A stretch of 64,000 nt of DNA from Terriglobia bacterium (GTDB taxonomy: Bacteria; Acidobacteriota; Terriglobia; 20CM-2-55-15): the NCBI GenBank assembly GCA_965218585.1, contig CBDCLE010000024.1:128001-192000 (forward strand), in the 5' to 3' direction. The translations under genes were made by a program, and so were the position numbers. Positions 35,870 to 45,732 of this stretch are shown piece by piece (position 1 is the stretch's first letter; every line of letters starts with the position of its first letter). The notes under the pieces were generated by a model. It made no database searches. It saw only the letters and a program-made list of their open reading frames with translations, and was not told where the DNA came from.

Positions 35870-38566
35870 GTAACTAGTATTTCTTCCGGGATTCGATCTT
35901 CGCTAATTTAACAGCTCGTGGCAAACCTGTGCCCCGTTTGCATGCAGGAGTACGGTTGTCAGCCCACCCAGCGTCAATGGCTCCTACCGCCTCGGCGACA
36001 ATGTGACGTCACGCCTCTTCCGGCGTTCCGTTGAAGGCAACCAACGTCATACACCTCAAGCAGCACCCCTCGGGACATCTCGAAGAACCAACTCCTCAAG
36101 AAAAGATCTTAGAAACGATGGGTGTAAACCAACTTGGACGCAAGTTGGCGATCGAAAGTGCTGAGCCCGTCCAGGGGGTCGCTGAGCCAGTTGTGGTTGT
36201 ACACCAGATACAGGTCGTTGCCTGGATTCAGAATCCAGCGGAATCGGGCCTGCCATCCCAGGTTCCGGCTGTCGTTGTCGTACTGGATGATGTCGGCGAA
36301 CGAAATCCAGGGGCTGAACTGAGCGTTCACTTCCCCTCTTAAGGTACTGACCGAGAAGCTGCCCTGAGGCAGTTCGATACGGGTCCATTGGTTGTCCAGG
36401 CCGATGGAGAGCCCGCTGCGTGGCCGGATGGTCAAACGGGGCCCGAAATCGCGGCGCGTTCCGCTGAAGTAATCGCCCCATCTGAACCGTCCGCCGAAAG
36501 AGACGGGCCGCTGGCTACTCGTGTTCCAGAAGGCATCATAGCTGTTGTACCGGTACTGGGTTCCTGCCGGCAGGATCACAGAACCGTTCGGTCCCATCCT
36601 GAAGTCACTCTGAAGCCTCTCGAACTCCCGGAAGATACCGAAACCGAAGAAATCGCCGGTATGAAAGGTCATCTGGAACAGGTCGAAAACGAGCGACTGC
36701 GACAACATAACGTTTCGGCTGTCGTCGGTCTGGTTGAAGCCCACGCTCCATTGGAACTGTCGGATCAGGGGGTGGTTTTCCGGGCGGGGCGAGAGGCGAA
36801 GGAAACTATCGTATTGTTTGATACCCGTCCGGTTGACGAAACCCACGGCCGGATCGAAATTGGCCTGCGTCTCCGTGAAGCCGACCCGCCATCCCACGAG
36901 ATCGTTGTTGGAATTCACCGACGTCCCGTAGCGCGCGCTATTCCCGGTATCGTCCGGATTCGTCGTTGTTACGTAGTGCGAGGTGAGTGAGAGGTTCTTG
37001 TCACCCATGAAGCGCCGCGTGGTCAAGTTAACATCGAATCCCAGCGTCTGCAGTGCGGGTCCAATCGACGCCGGGTCCGCTATCTGGTCTTCACGCGTGC
37101 TTCGCCGTGTGTAGAGCATGCCAAAGTGGGATTCTGTTAGGATGCGGCGCGCACCTCTGAAAACCGTGAAATCCTCCCCAGGCCGAACGCCGTCTTCCCC
37201 AGTACGTACCTGCAGGATACCAATGTCCTGAGCACCGGCCTGCCCGGTCAGCTTGACCCCGTAGTCGACCCTCTGGGGTTGTCCCTCTGTCAGTCCGATC
37301 CGTCGGCTGAAGAACGCGTCACCGAAACCGGACATAGAAAAGAAGTTACTTCCCTCCAGGAAAAAGTTCCGCTTTTCAGGGAATCGAAGAGAAAATCGGG
37401 TCAGGTTGACCTGGCGGTCGTCCACCTCGGTTTCCGCAAAGTCTGTGTTGACCGTGAAGTTGGCCCTGAGGCTGGGCGTCACGTTGTAGATAAAATCGAC
37501 CCCACTGTCTCCTGTATAGGAGGCGTCTGTCCTGTTCCCCGGCGAGGATCGGGCTCGCCCCGTCGCGTAGGGTCTCACATCCAAACCGATGCCCTGACTG
37601 ATTTCCGACATGCCTACGATCAAGCCGGCATTGGACATCCTCCGCAGGCCTCCGCTGGTGCGCCCGAAACCGTTCCAAATGGTTTCCTCGTTCTTTCGCC
37701 GTACTGTTCGTTGGAAATTGATTCCCCACGCCTGCGCGTTCGGATCAAAGTTCAGCGTGCGGAACGGCATTTCGACTTCGATGACCCACCCGATCTCGCT
37801 CCGGCGAACCTCCGCGTCCCAGATTCCGTCCCAGGCGCCGCCTCCACCTCCGCCGAACCCGCCTCCACCTCCACCAGGGAAACCGCCACCTCCACCAGGG
37901 AATCCTCCGCCTCCGAAGAATCCTCCTCCACTGACGAGTTGGTCGCCCATGGCTCCGGAAGGATTCATCTCGAAGAAATACCCGGTCCGTTCGTCCAGGT
38001 AGGTGTCGAAGACCCACATGAATCGGTCGTCGGCGTCCAGGAAGGCATCCCGCTGCATGGTGTTTCCCATGAGCTGGTCGGGTTCGGAGTCGTAGAGGAT
38101 TACCCCCATGTACATATTGTTGTCATTGAAGAGGATGTACACCTCGGTGGGCTCGGTCGCCGCGGCTCCGTTGTCCGGGTCGATCTGGATGAACTCTGTC
38201 GCCGGTTCGGCCCGGCCCCACGAGATTTCATCCAGGCGGCCATCGAGGTTGATGCTTTCGCCCGGCTGGAGTCGCGAGGCGGCCATGACCCGGCGGTCTT
38301 CGAAGCCGTCGAGGCCTTCTTGCGCCTGGACCTGTGATGTTGTCTGTCCGAGAAACACAAGAGTCGCTTTGACAACGTAAAAAGAGCCCACCCCGATCGA
38401 GTAAAAAGGACCCACCCCCCGGGTTAATGGTTTGTAAGTAAATCCGCCGTCGGGGTTGCGGGAAGTGTGGAAGCCGAAAGCTTCCAAGCCGCGGTGGTAA
38501 CGCGCCGGCTTTGCAGCGGGTTTCCACGGTGGCGACACTTTCCACAGCCGCTCGCTCGCGTGTGTT

Positions 38567-39358
38567 TCACGCGGAACCTTGGGCGGACCGGGGTTTCTTC
38601 TTCCGCTTGCCCGCGGCACCGAGACTCTCGGTGAAGCGGATACTTTCCCAATCGAACTGATGAATCGCACAGTGATGGGTCAATCGGTCCAGCAGGGCCG
38701 CGGTCAGGGCGGCATCGCCGAACACGCTGGTCCACTGCGCAAACGGCAGGTTCGACGTCACGATGAGGGAACCCTTTTCGTACCGGTCCGAGAAGACCTG
38801 AAACAGCAACTGGGCGCCCTCGGCCGAGAACGGGATATAGCCGACCTCGTCGACGATGAGCAGCTCGAAGCGGGACAACTTCGCCAGTTGCCGCTTCAAC
38901 TGTCGCTCCTCACGGGACTCGATCAGCGTATTGACCCGCCCCGCGGCCGTGGTGAACCCGACGCGGTAGCCCCTCCGGCAGGCTTCCACGCCCAGCACCG
39001 TCGCGGCGTGGGTCTTGCCGGTGCCGTGCTTGCCCAACAGCACGACGTTCTCGCACCGGGTGATGGTGTCGCACTCGGCATAGTCGCGCACCTGGACCGC
39101 ATCCAGTGCCGGCCACTTGTTCAGGTCGGTCGTTTCCAGGGTTTTCAACCGTGGGAACCGGGCCGTGCGCAACCGGCGCTGGATCTGATTGGCTTGCCGC
39201 TGTTCCAACTCGCGACTGGCCAGAGCCAGCAGAAAGCCGGGGTACCCCTCGCCGGCTTCCTTGGCCTGCCGGCCGTATTCCCGCCAGGCACGGACCATGG
39301 CCGGCAACCGGAGCTGCCGCAATGCGTCGTCCAGGACCACCTCCTGTCCCGGAGTCAT
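38567..39358 (-). CDS. istB: IS21 helper ATPase
   Basis: GKHGTGKTH, LLIVDEVGY, TSNLPF..W, LDRLTHH. Confidence 0.95.
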   Translation of the reverse strand: MTPGQEVVLDDALRQLRLPAMVRAWREYGRQAKEAGEGYPGFLLALASRELEQRQANQIQRRLRTARFPRLKTLETTDLNKWPALDAVQVRDYAECDTITRCENVVLLGKHGTGKTHAATVLGVEACRRGYRVGFTTAAGRVNTLIESREERQLKRQLAKLSRFELLIVDEVGYIPFSAEGAQLLFQVFSDRYEKGSLIVTSNLPFAQWTSVFGDAALTAALLDRLTHHCAIHQFDWESIRFTESLGAAGKRKKKPRSAQGSA

Positions 39359-40884
39359 CGCACACCTCCAGCCAACAGGTCGTATCGATTCAGATCGGTT
39401 CCGGCAATCGCCCGGTCCGTGATCCCGGGCATCAGTCCGGACTCGAGCGGGGCATGGGATCGGGCGGGTGCGTCCTCCCGCATCAGAATGTGCCGCACCG
39501 CTTCCAGTTCGACGCAGTGGGCATCGAGCGCATCCTGGACGGCGGCCGACACCCGGCCCAGATCCCAGTTCTGGTGGAGTTGCAGGATGCTGATGAACTC
39601 CCGGGTGCCCCGGCTGTACCCATGCCGGTCCCGCAACCGCTCCAGCACCGTCTCGTAATGGGCCGGCCACTGGGGCCGCCACTGCCGGATCGGGCGGGCA
39701 CTCTCAAACGAGGCCACCTTCCGCCGGATCAACTCCAGGTAGTGCAACGGATCGGTCCGCCAGTCGCTATGACCGAAGGCGCGGGCATGTTCGGCCACCT
39801 TCTTCTGGTCCGCGTAAAAGCTCACCCGGTCACAGCCGATATGGGCCCAGAGCCGGCGTCCCACATACGCGGTCGGCACCGAGTAGCGGTTCGAATCCAC
39901 CTGGGCGGTCTGGTACCGGCTGATCCGCACGCCCACCACCTTCGTGTTTTCGAATGGCGTCTCGGGCAGCGCCAACAGGCGCTCTTTCTCGACCGCGTGC
40001 CGTTCCCCGATCGTGCGGGCGTCGGCCCGGCCGCCGATCCGGCGCTGCTCGTCGGTCGCGCAGCGTTCCAGCAGCTGCGCGTTCAGTTCCTCGAAGTCGG
40101 CCACCTCGGGAACCGGCACCAGGAAATTCCGGCGTGCGAAACCGACCAGACCCTCGACACCACCTTTCTCCTGGCCCCGGGCCGGATTACAGAACCGCGC
40201 TTCAAAGGTGTAGTGGGCTCGTAACGCCGTGAACCGGTCCTGCTCGATCCGGGCCTTCCCCCTCAGAATCCGCCTCACAGCTGTCTTCAGGTTATCGAAG
40301 ACCACGGCCGGGAATACGCCGCCGTACCAGCCGAACGCCCGGATGTGACCGTCCAGGAACATCGCCTGCCGTTCCCGCGGATACGCCCGCACGAACGACT
40401 TGCCCGAGTACCGGCTCCGCATGCAGAACAGTTTGACCTGAACGTCTTCACCCTTCATCCGGACCCAGCCCGTCCCCCAGTCCACTTCCGCTTCCCGCGC
40501 CTGTTCCGGATCCAGCGGCACCACCGCCCCCGGCCGGTGCCAGCCCAAACGCATCTTCCGCTCCCGTACCCATCGCCGCACCGTCGGCTCGGCTCCGGTG
40601 AACCCATGTTCATCGACCAGGCGCCGCCATACCCGGTGCGCCGTGTGCCGCTGCTTGACCGGCTGCTCCCGATCGGCCCGCAGCCAGCCCTCCACGATCC
40701 CGGCCACCGGGTCCATCACCGGACAGGCCGGCTCCTTCTCCCGCCGATACTTCGGCTCCTGGCCGGCCAATACTTTCCGGACCGTCCGTCTCGTGTGCCC
40801 GGTCTCCCGGGCGATCTGTCGAATGCTTTTCTTGTAAACTCGATGTGCGGTCCTGACCATCTCGTACTGATCCATCCCTAACAA
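39355..40884 (-). CDS. istA: IS21 transposase
   Basis: HTH, VDWG, FDNLKTAV, EKGGVE, NRYSVP. Confidence 0.95.
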   Translation of the reverse strand: MLGMDQYEMVRTAHRVYKKSIRQIARETGHTRRTVRKVLAGQEPKYRREKEPACPVMDPVAGIVEGWLRADREQPVKQRHTAHRVWRRLVDEHGFTGAEPTVRRWVRERKMRLGWHRPGAVVPLDPEQAREAEVDWGTGWVRMKGEDVQVKLFCMRSRYSGKSFVRAYPRERQAMFLDGHIRAFGWYGGVFPAVVFDNLKTAVRRILRGKARIEQDRFTALRAHYTFEARFCNPARGQEKGGVEGLVGFARRNFLVPVPEVADFEELNAQLLERCATDEQRRIGGRADARTIGERHAVEKERLLALPETPFENTKVVGVRISRYQTAQVDSNRYSVPTAYVGRRLWAHIGCDRVSFYADQKKVAEHARAFGHSDWRTDPLHYLELIRRKVASFESARPIRQWRPQWPAHYETVLERLRDRHGYSRGTREFISILQLHQNWDLGRVSAAVQDALDAHCVELEAVRHILMREDAPARSHAPLESGLMPGITDRAIAGTDLNRYDLLAGGVR

Positions 40885-41231
40885 CTCCTTATCCTCCCTC
40901 CGCCATGCCGGTTCATCCAGGCACTCGCCGGGGGAGGCTATCAGGGTGGGTCCTTTTTCCTCGATCAGAACCCCGTTTGGTGGGTCCTTTTTACGTTATC
41001 GAAATCACAAGAGTAAGGAAGAACAGCAGCGGAGCTGTCGGTAGGATTCTTTTCATATCGAGCTAGTAGTCCTCTAAGTCAAACGGTTACCGGAGGCGTA
41101 ATCACATCCCGCGATTGGACGTTCCGGACTGATCGGGGTGAGCAACTCAATTTCTCGGGCGTCAAAGAAACCAGATCATCCTCATCTCAGGTTCGATTCG
41201 AAGAGCGTTCTAAGCTGACGGACGAAGACAC

Positions 41232-41407
41232 TCATTCGATGTTGGCTACTTCACGGGCACGCCTCACCTCTCCCATTCCACCTTTCCCATGCGGCTGAGA
41301 ATCTCGTAATGGCCGAGTTTGGTGCCAGATTCCATGTTCAAGTGTGTCGCTGAAAAAACCGAGAGAAACTCGGTAAAAGATACTAGAGGAGAGAGTTAGT
41401 TGGCATC
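41232..41407 (-). pseudogene. Ser/Thr kinase promoter plus N-terminal stub (MESGTKLGHYEILS../GKGGMGEVRRAR, frameshifted)
   Basis: ATG at 41335; Gly-rich loop GKGGMGEV; homologous to 25742-25832. Confidence 0.88.
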
Positions 41408-41412
41408 CAATT

Positions 41413-41448
41413 CTCAACGCTTGTTAAACGACATTGTCGGACGTTGAG
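41413..41448 (-). repeat. Cassette-boundary palindrome, site 7 (inverted, different spacer)
   Basis: Minus strand: CTCA-ACGTCCGACAA-TGTCGT-TTAACAAGCGT-TGAG. Confidence 0.85.
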
Positions 41449-41701
41449 AATCGCACGGCTCAATCCTGATGCCTTCAGTCCATGTTTTCTTACAGTTGGG
41501 CGCGAATTAGGGCAGGCGTGCATAACGACGTGTAAAATCCGGGCTCGGCTACGGCTAGAATGCACCTGTGACGTTATGCAATGACGTCGCAGAGAAAAGG
41601 AAGGCTCTTGAACCACAGGGGCTCGATTTTCTGAATGATTCTCAAGTCGCGGGTTCGAATCTCTCGCGCCACAATCGTTGATTACAAACGCACTTGACAC
41701 A

Positions 41702-42559
41702 ATGAACGTTACGCTCCGACCGGCGGTCCCCGCTGACGCGTCCTCCTGTGGCCGCATTTGCTACGACGCCTTCAAGTCCGTCTCTCGAACACACAACGCC
41801 CCCTCCGACTGGCCCTCGGCCGAAGACGCAACCTTCGCCATGCGGTCCGTCCTCGCCCACGCCGGGTTCTACGGGGTTGTCGCCGAGAGAGAAGGCCGGG
41901 TCGTCGGCAGTTGCTTCCTGGATGAGCGTTCGAGCGTCGTCGGTCTCGGCCCGATCACAGTCGACCCAGCCCATCAGGCTGACTCAATCGGGCGACGGCT
42001 GATGGAACACTCCCTCCAGCGGATCGATCAGCAGGACAAGCAGGGCGTGCGGCTCGTGCAAGCCGCCTACAACAATCAATCGCTGTCCTTATATACAAAA
42101 CTGGGCTTTGAGATCCGAGAACCCCTGGTCAACTTACAGGGCACGTCAATCAATCTTGAGCTAACCGGCTATACGATCCGCCCTATCCGGGAGGACGAAA
42201 TCGACGGTTGCGGCAGGATCTGTCGTCGTATTCATGGATACGATCGAACCCGGGAACTTCGGGAGAGCATCGGGGCCGGTACGGCCCGGTTAGTCGAGTC
42301 GGATCGTCGGGTATTGGGGTACGCGACTGCGATCGGCTTCCGAGGTCACGCCGTAGCCGAAACCAACGGCGCACTGACGGCACTGATCGCAGCTGCAGGG
42401 GAGTTCGCCGGCAGCGGCTTCCTCCTGCCAAGCCGAAATGGCGAAGTGTTCCACTGGTGCCTTTCTAAAGGCCTTCGAATCGTACAGCAGATGACGTACA
42501 TGAGCCGAGGCTTCTACAAGGAACCGGAGGGAGCCTTTCTGCCCTCCATACTCTCCTGA
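41702..42559 (+). CDS. GNAT-family acetyltransferase (tandem domain)
   Basis: GPITVDPAHQADSIGRRLM, SLSLYTKLGF. Confidence 0.88.
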   Translation: MNVTLRPAVPADASSCGRICYDAFKSVSRTHNAPSDWPSAEDATFAMRSVLAHAGFYGVVAEREGRVVGSCFLDERSSVVGLGPITVDPAHQADSIGRRLMEHSLQRIDQQDKQGVRLVQAAYNNQSLSLYTKLGFEIREPLVNLQGTSINLELTGYTIRPIREDEIDGCGRICRRIHGYDRTRELRESIGAGTARLVESDRRVLGYATAIGFRGHAVAETNGALTALIAAAGEFAGSGFLLPSRNGEVFHWCLSKGLRIVQQMTYMSRGFYKEPEGAFLPSILS

Positions 42560-42674
42560 AATCAGCGGACAGGGGTCTCAGCCAAAAAACTAAAACGGCC
42601 CATCCGGACACGCGGGATACTACATCCGAATGGTTAGCCGGCCATGGCTACGCGTCGAATGGGCCGTTTACCCT

Positions 42675-43016
42675 TTATCCGATCGCTGCTGACCCGCGTT
42701 CGCCGGTCCGGATTCGGATACTGTCAGGCAAGTCCATAATAAAGATCTTCCCGTCACCGATGTTTCCCGTCCGGGCCCCCTTGATGATTGCTTCTACAGT
42801 GGGTTCGACGAAGTCGTCGTTGACGGCTATTTCGACCTTCACCTTCTTGAGGAGATTGATCGTATGAATGACACCACGATAAGCCTCCTGGTACCCCTTC
42901 TGTTCCCCTGCCCCGACAGCGTTTGACACCGTCATCTTGTGAATGTCGGCGTCAAACAGCGCCTGTTTCACATCGGTAAGCTTGTGGGGCTGGATCATGG
43001 CAACAACTAGTTTCAT
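42675..43016 (-). CDS. glnK: PII nitrogen regulatory protein
   Basis: [32 protein letters not shown]; adjacent to amtB. Confidence 0.95.
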   Translation of the reverse strand: MKLVVAMIQPHKLTDVKQALFDADIHKMTVSNAVGAGEQKGYQEAYRGVIHTINLLKKVKVEIAVNDDFVEPTVEAIIKGARTGNIGDGKIFIMDLPDSIRIRTGERGSAAIG

Positions 43017-43074
43017 TTCACACCTTCCATCGGAATAAAGCTTTGGTTCAAGTTCATGTCAGATACTGTCTCGA

Positions 43075-44394
43075 CTAATCGGTTACGAAGATCTGGAAGC
43101 CGGAATACGCTTCCATACCATGCTCCCCGATATCCAGTCCCTTCTGCTCCTCCTCCGCTGACACACGGAGGCCCATCACAGCCTTGATCACGCTGAAGAT
43201 CACAAGAGCAGCAACAAACGTCACAACACCGTACGCAGCAATACCTATGAGCTGCGTTACGACGCTATGGTCGGGACTGAAGATGCCGACGGCCAGGGTG
43301 CCCCACATGCCACATACAAGGTGAACCGAGATAGCACCGACGGGATCGTCTATCTTGAGCTTGGAATCGATCGTAATAACCGCGAGCACGACCAGCACAC
43401 CGGCAACCAATCCGATGATCACGGCCGACATCACCGAAACGGAATCGGCGCCCGCTGTGATGCCCACCAGACCGGCCAACGCGCCATTCAGAGCCATTGA
43501 AAGGTCTGGCTTCTTCTGGACGATATTAGATGTGAAATAAGCCGCTACAATACCTGAGGCCGCTGCGAGGCAGGTGGTCACCAGCGTGAAGGAGACAGGT
43601 CCGGGATCGGCCGAGAGTACTGAACCGCCGTTGAATCCGAACCAACCCATCCACAGGAGAAACACACCTACTGTCGCCAAAGGCATGTTGGATCCGGGTA
43701 TGGCACGAACTTCGTTTCCGTAGTACTTGCCGATCCTGGGTCCTAAGAGCAGAGCCCCTGCAAGGGCACCCCATCCCCCGACGGAGTGAACAAGCGTTGA
43801 ACCGGCGAAATCATAGAAACCCATCTGATCGAGCCAGCCGCCGCCCCACTTCCAACTGCCAACAAAGGGGTAGACCAGGCCCACGAACACGACGGTAAAC
43901 ACCAGGAAGCTGTTCAGCTTGATCCTGCCGGCCACTGCTCCGGAGACGATCGTCGCACCGGTCGCGGCAAACATCCCCTGGAAGAGAAAATCCGTCCAGT
44001 AAGAATAACCACCGCCCGCATAGTCGATCAGTCCCGCTGCGCCGTCAGGCGAGCTTATCCCGAAACCCGCGAAACCGAAGAATTCCCCAATTGAGAACTC
44101 ACCGGGATACATGAGGTTGAAACCGATGATGGCGTAAGTCAGAAGACCGATCGCCACGATCATAATGTTCTTGAACAGTATGTTTACGGTGTTCTTGGCC
44201 TGAACGAGGCCCGATTCCAGCGTCGCAAACCCCAGGTGCATGATGAACACCAGAAAAGTCGCCACCATCATCCAGGTGTTGTTCACCACGAACATCGCAT
44301 CGTCAGCGGTCGTCTGGGCCTCGGCCATCGAACTCATGCAAGCGACAACGGTCATCAACAATATCAATCTGCCGGTCCAACGTTTAACTAACAT
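43075..44394 (-). CDS. amtB: Ammonium transporter
   Basis: DFAGSTLVH, GWFGFNGGS, DDPVGAISVH. Confidence 0.97.
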   Translation of the reverse strand: MLVKRWTGRLILLMTVVACMSSMAEAQTTADDAMFVVNNTWMMVATFLVFIMHLGFATLESGLVQAKNTVNILFKNIMIVAIGLLTYAIIGFNLMYPGEFSIGEFFGFAGFGISSPDGAAGLIDYAGGGYSYWTDFLFQGMFAATGATIVSGAVAGRIKLNSFLVFTVVFVGLVYPFVGSWKWGGGWLDQMGFYDFAGSTLVHSVGGWGALAGALLLGPRIGKYYGNEVRAIPGSNMPLATVGVFLLWMGWFGFNGGSVLSADPGPVSFTLVTTCLAAASGIVAAYFTSNIVQKKPDLSMALNGALAGLVGITAGADSVSVMSAVIIGLVAGVLVVLAVITIDSKLKIDDPVGAISVHLVCGMWGTLAVGIFSPDHSVVTQLIGIAAYGVVTFVAALVIFSVIKAVMGLRVSAEEEQKGLDIGEHGMEAYSGFQIFVTD

Positions 44395-44503
44395 GTGCCT
44401 CCTTCTCGTCCCTGCGTCGGCTTGTCACGAGATGGACTATTTAGAAACTTCAACTACGTAAGTGGCCTCAGACCGGACTGCGGTCGGAGACCGAAAACTC
44501 TTT

Positions 44504-45322
44504 CTAGAAACTCAAGCTAAGACTGAAACCGCCCCAGACCGTAGTGCCATCATCTGGGCCTGTATACTGACTGGCCCGAATTTCGTCAGTGATTAATCCA
44601 CTGACGGTTAACCACGCGCCCGCGGACCAGTTGTCGGTGATGGTGATCGGAAGGCTTGCGGTCACACTCCCGTCGTGGACTCCGGCCTTGTCGAGCCCGC
44701 TGTAATAGAATTTTGTAAAACCCCCGTTTGCAAAGCCGAGTGAAGCCGACACGTCGAAACTGCTAACGACATCGTTGTCTATGGGAAAGGAGTGTCCCGC
44801 ACCTAACAGGAAATAAGCGCCCGTGTCACCGCCTCCTGCGCTGGTCTCGTCAACATCGATGTAGATGGTGGCATTCGGAGCCAGGGGGACCGTATCGAAG
44901 CTGACTGTCCCGTAGATTTCAGTGGTCGTCGCGAATCTCTCCGGAAACGTGTAAACGATCGCGCCGACTCCCACCGACACAGCGTCGAACGAATAGTCGT
45001 AGGAAAACGTATAGTCAATTTCCGTGAAGTGGCCTTTCAGGCCGCCGCTCGCACCTGCTCGTGGATCACCGGCATTAAAGTCGTTAAAGGAAGTCAGGTC
45101 TATAGTGCCCCACGCGTTGAAGGCAAATCCTTCGATACCCAAGGTCACCGAAGGCTGGAGGCTCGGATCGTCCGTCAATCTCTGGCCCCGCCAGACGTAA
45201 CTGCTGACCACGGCGACGTCGCCTGAAGCCGAGTAAATGGAATCTTGGGCGGCCGCAGTCCCAGCTACAAGGCCGCACAGCAGAAACAATCCCAGGGTCC
45301 GTGTCCAAATCTTAGTTCTCAT
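44504..45322 (-). CDS. Outer-membrane beta-barrel (TorF-like putative porin)
   Basis: Signal peptide; SSYVWRG..QP, EIDY; terminal Phe; first gene of amtB-glnK operon. Confidence 0.75.
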   Translation of the reverse strand: MRTKIWTRTLGLFLLCGLVAGTAAAQDSIYSASGDVAVVSSYVWRGQRLTDDPSLQPSVTLGIEGFAFNAWGTIDLTSFNDFNAGDPRAGASGGLKGHFTEIDYTFSYDYSFDAVSVGVGAIVYTFPERFATTTEIYGTVSFDTVPLAPNATIYIDVDETSAGGGDTGAYFLLGAGHSFPIDNDVVSSFDVSASLGFANGGFTKFYYSGLDKAGVHDGSVTASLPITITDNWSAGAWLTVSGLITDEIRASQYTGPDDGTTVWGGFSLSLSF

Positions 45323-45387
45323 TAGATTTCCCTCAATTGACGGGTCACTAGCCCCGTACTAAAGTTCCGTGACAAAAACACTCGGTT

Positions 45388-45536
45388 GAAACAAAAAACG
45401 CCCACCACGCCCGCAATTCCGGGTGCGAGTGGACGTCTTTGTCGGGTCGAGACCGCAGTGTCTCGGAAATAAAAAAGCCCTCGGGACACCTCTCCCGAAG
45501 ACTTCATCGTCTACACAAACGATACGCCGTTGTATC
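45388..45536 (-). promoter_or_regulatory. Two tandem ANTAR-type dual-hexaloop/terminator attenuators
   Basis: GATAC-AACGGC-GTATC + GAC-GATGAA-GTC/terminator-U6; GAGAC-ACTGCG-GTCTC + GAC-AAAGAC-GTC/terminator-U6. Confidence 0.75.
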
Positions 45537-45549
45537 TTTGTCGAAATCT

Positions 45550-45577
45550 ATTATGCGGATGTGTGTATGAGAGTCAA
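45550..45577 (-). promoter_or_regulatory. Candidate sigma70 promoter of porin-amtB-glnK
   Basis: TTGACT-N16-CATAAT just upstream of the first hairpin. Confidence 0.55.
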
Positions 45578-45606
45578 CCTCAAAAATTCCGAAATTTTGG
45601 GGACAA

Positions 45607-45658
45607 TTAATTCGGGGACAGTGATCAAATTCGAATTTGCTCACTGTCCCCGAATTAA
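45607..45658. repeat. 52-bp near-perfect palindrome
   Basis: TTAATTCGGGGACAGTGA-TCAAATTCGAATTTGC-TCACTGTCCCCGAATTAA. Confidence 0.8.
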
Positions 45659-45732
45659 AACGCCAAGCCCAATACGTAAACCCCGTTGTGATGCTCCCGG
45701 TGTAGTTACCGTATCGTCCACGACCTCCAACG

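Larger units (their letters stand above)
38362..41009 (-). mobile_element. IS21-family element (istA-istB)
   Basis: Ends TGTGATTTCGATAACGTAAAAAGGACCCACC / AGTCGCTTTGACAACGTAAAAAGAGCCCACC with subterminal repeats; CACAAGAGT at both junctions; exact left end uncertain. Confidence 0.92.
36109..41056 (-). pseudogene. CBM9/DUF5916 outer-membrane protein interrupted by IS21 in its signal peptide
   Basis: MKRILPTAPLLFFLTLV|FLGQTT..; LDGRLDE..W, NTDFAETEVD.RQVNLTRFSL.FPEKR.FFLE, C-terminal YTHRF; body 36109-38361. Confidence 0.85.

Noticed and set aside
36109-38670. 853-aa ORF as an intact gene
   Set aside because: Its first ~100 codons are IS21 sequence; the true N-terminus is at 41056.
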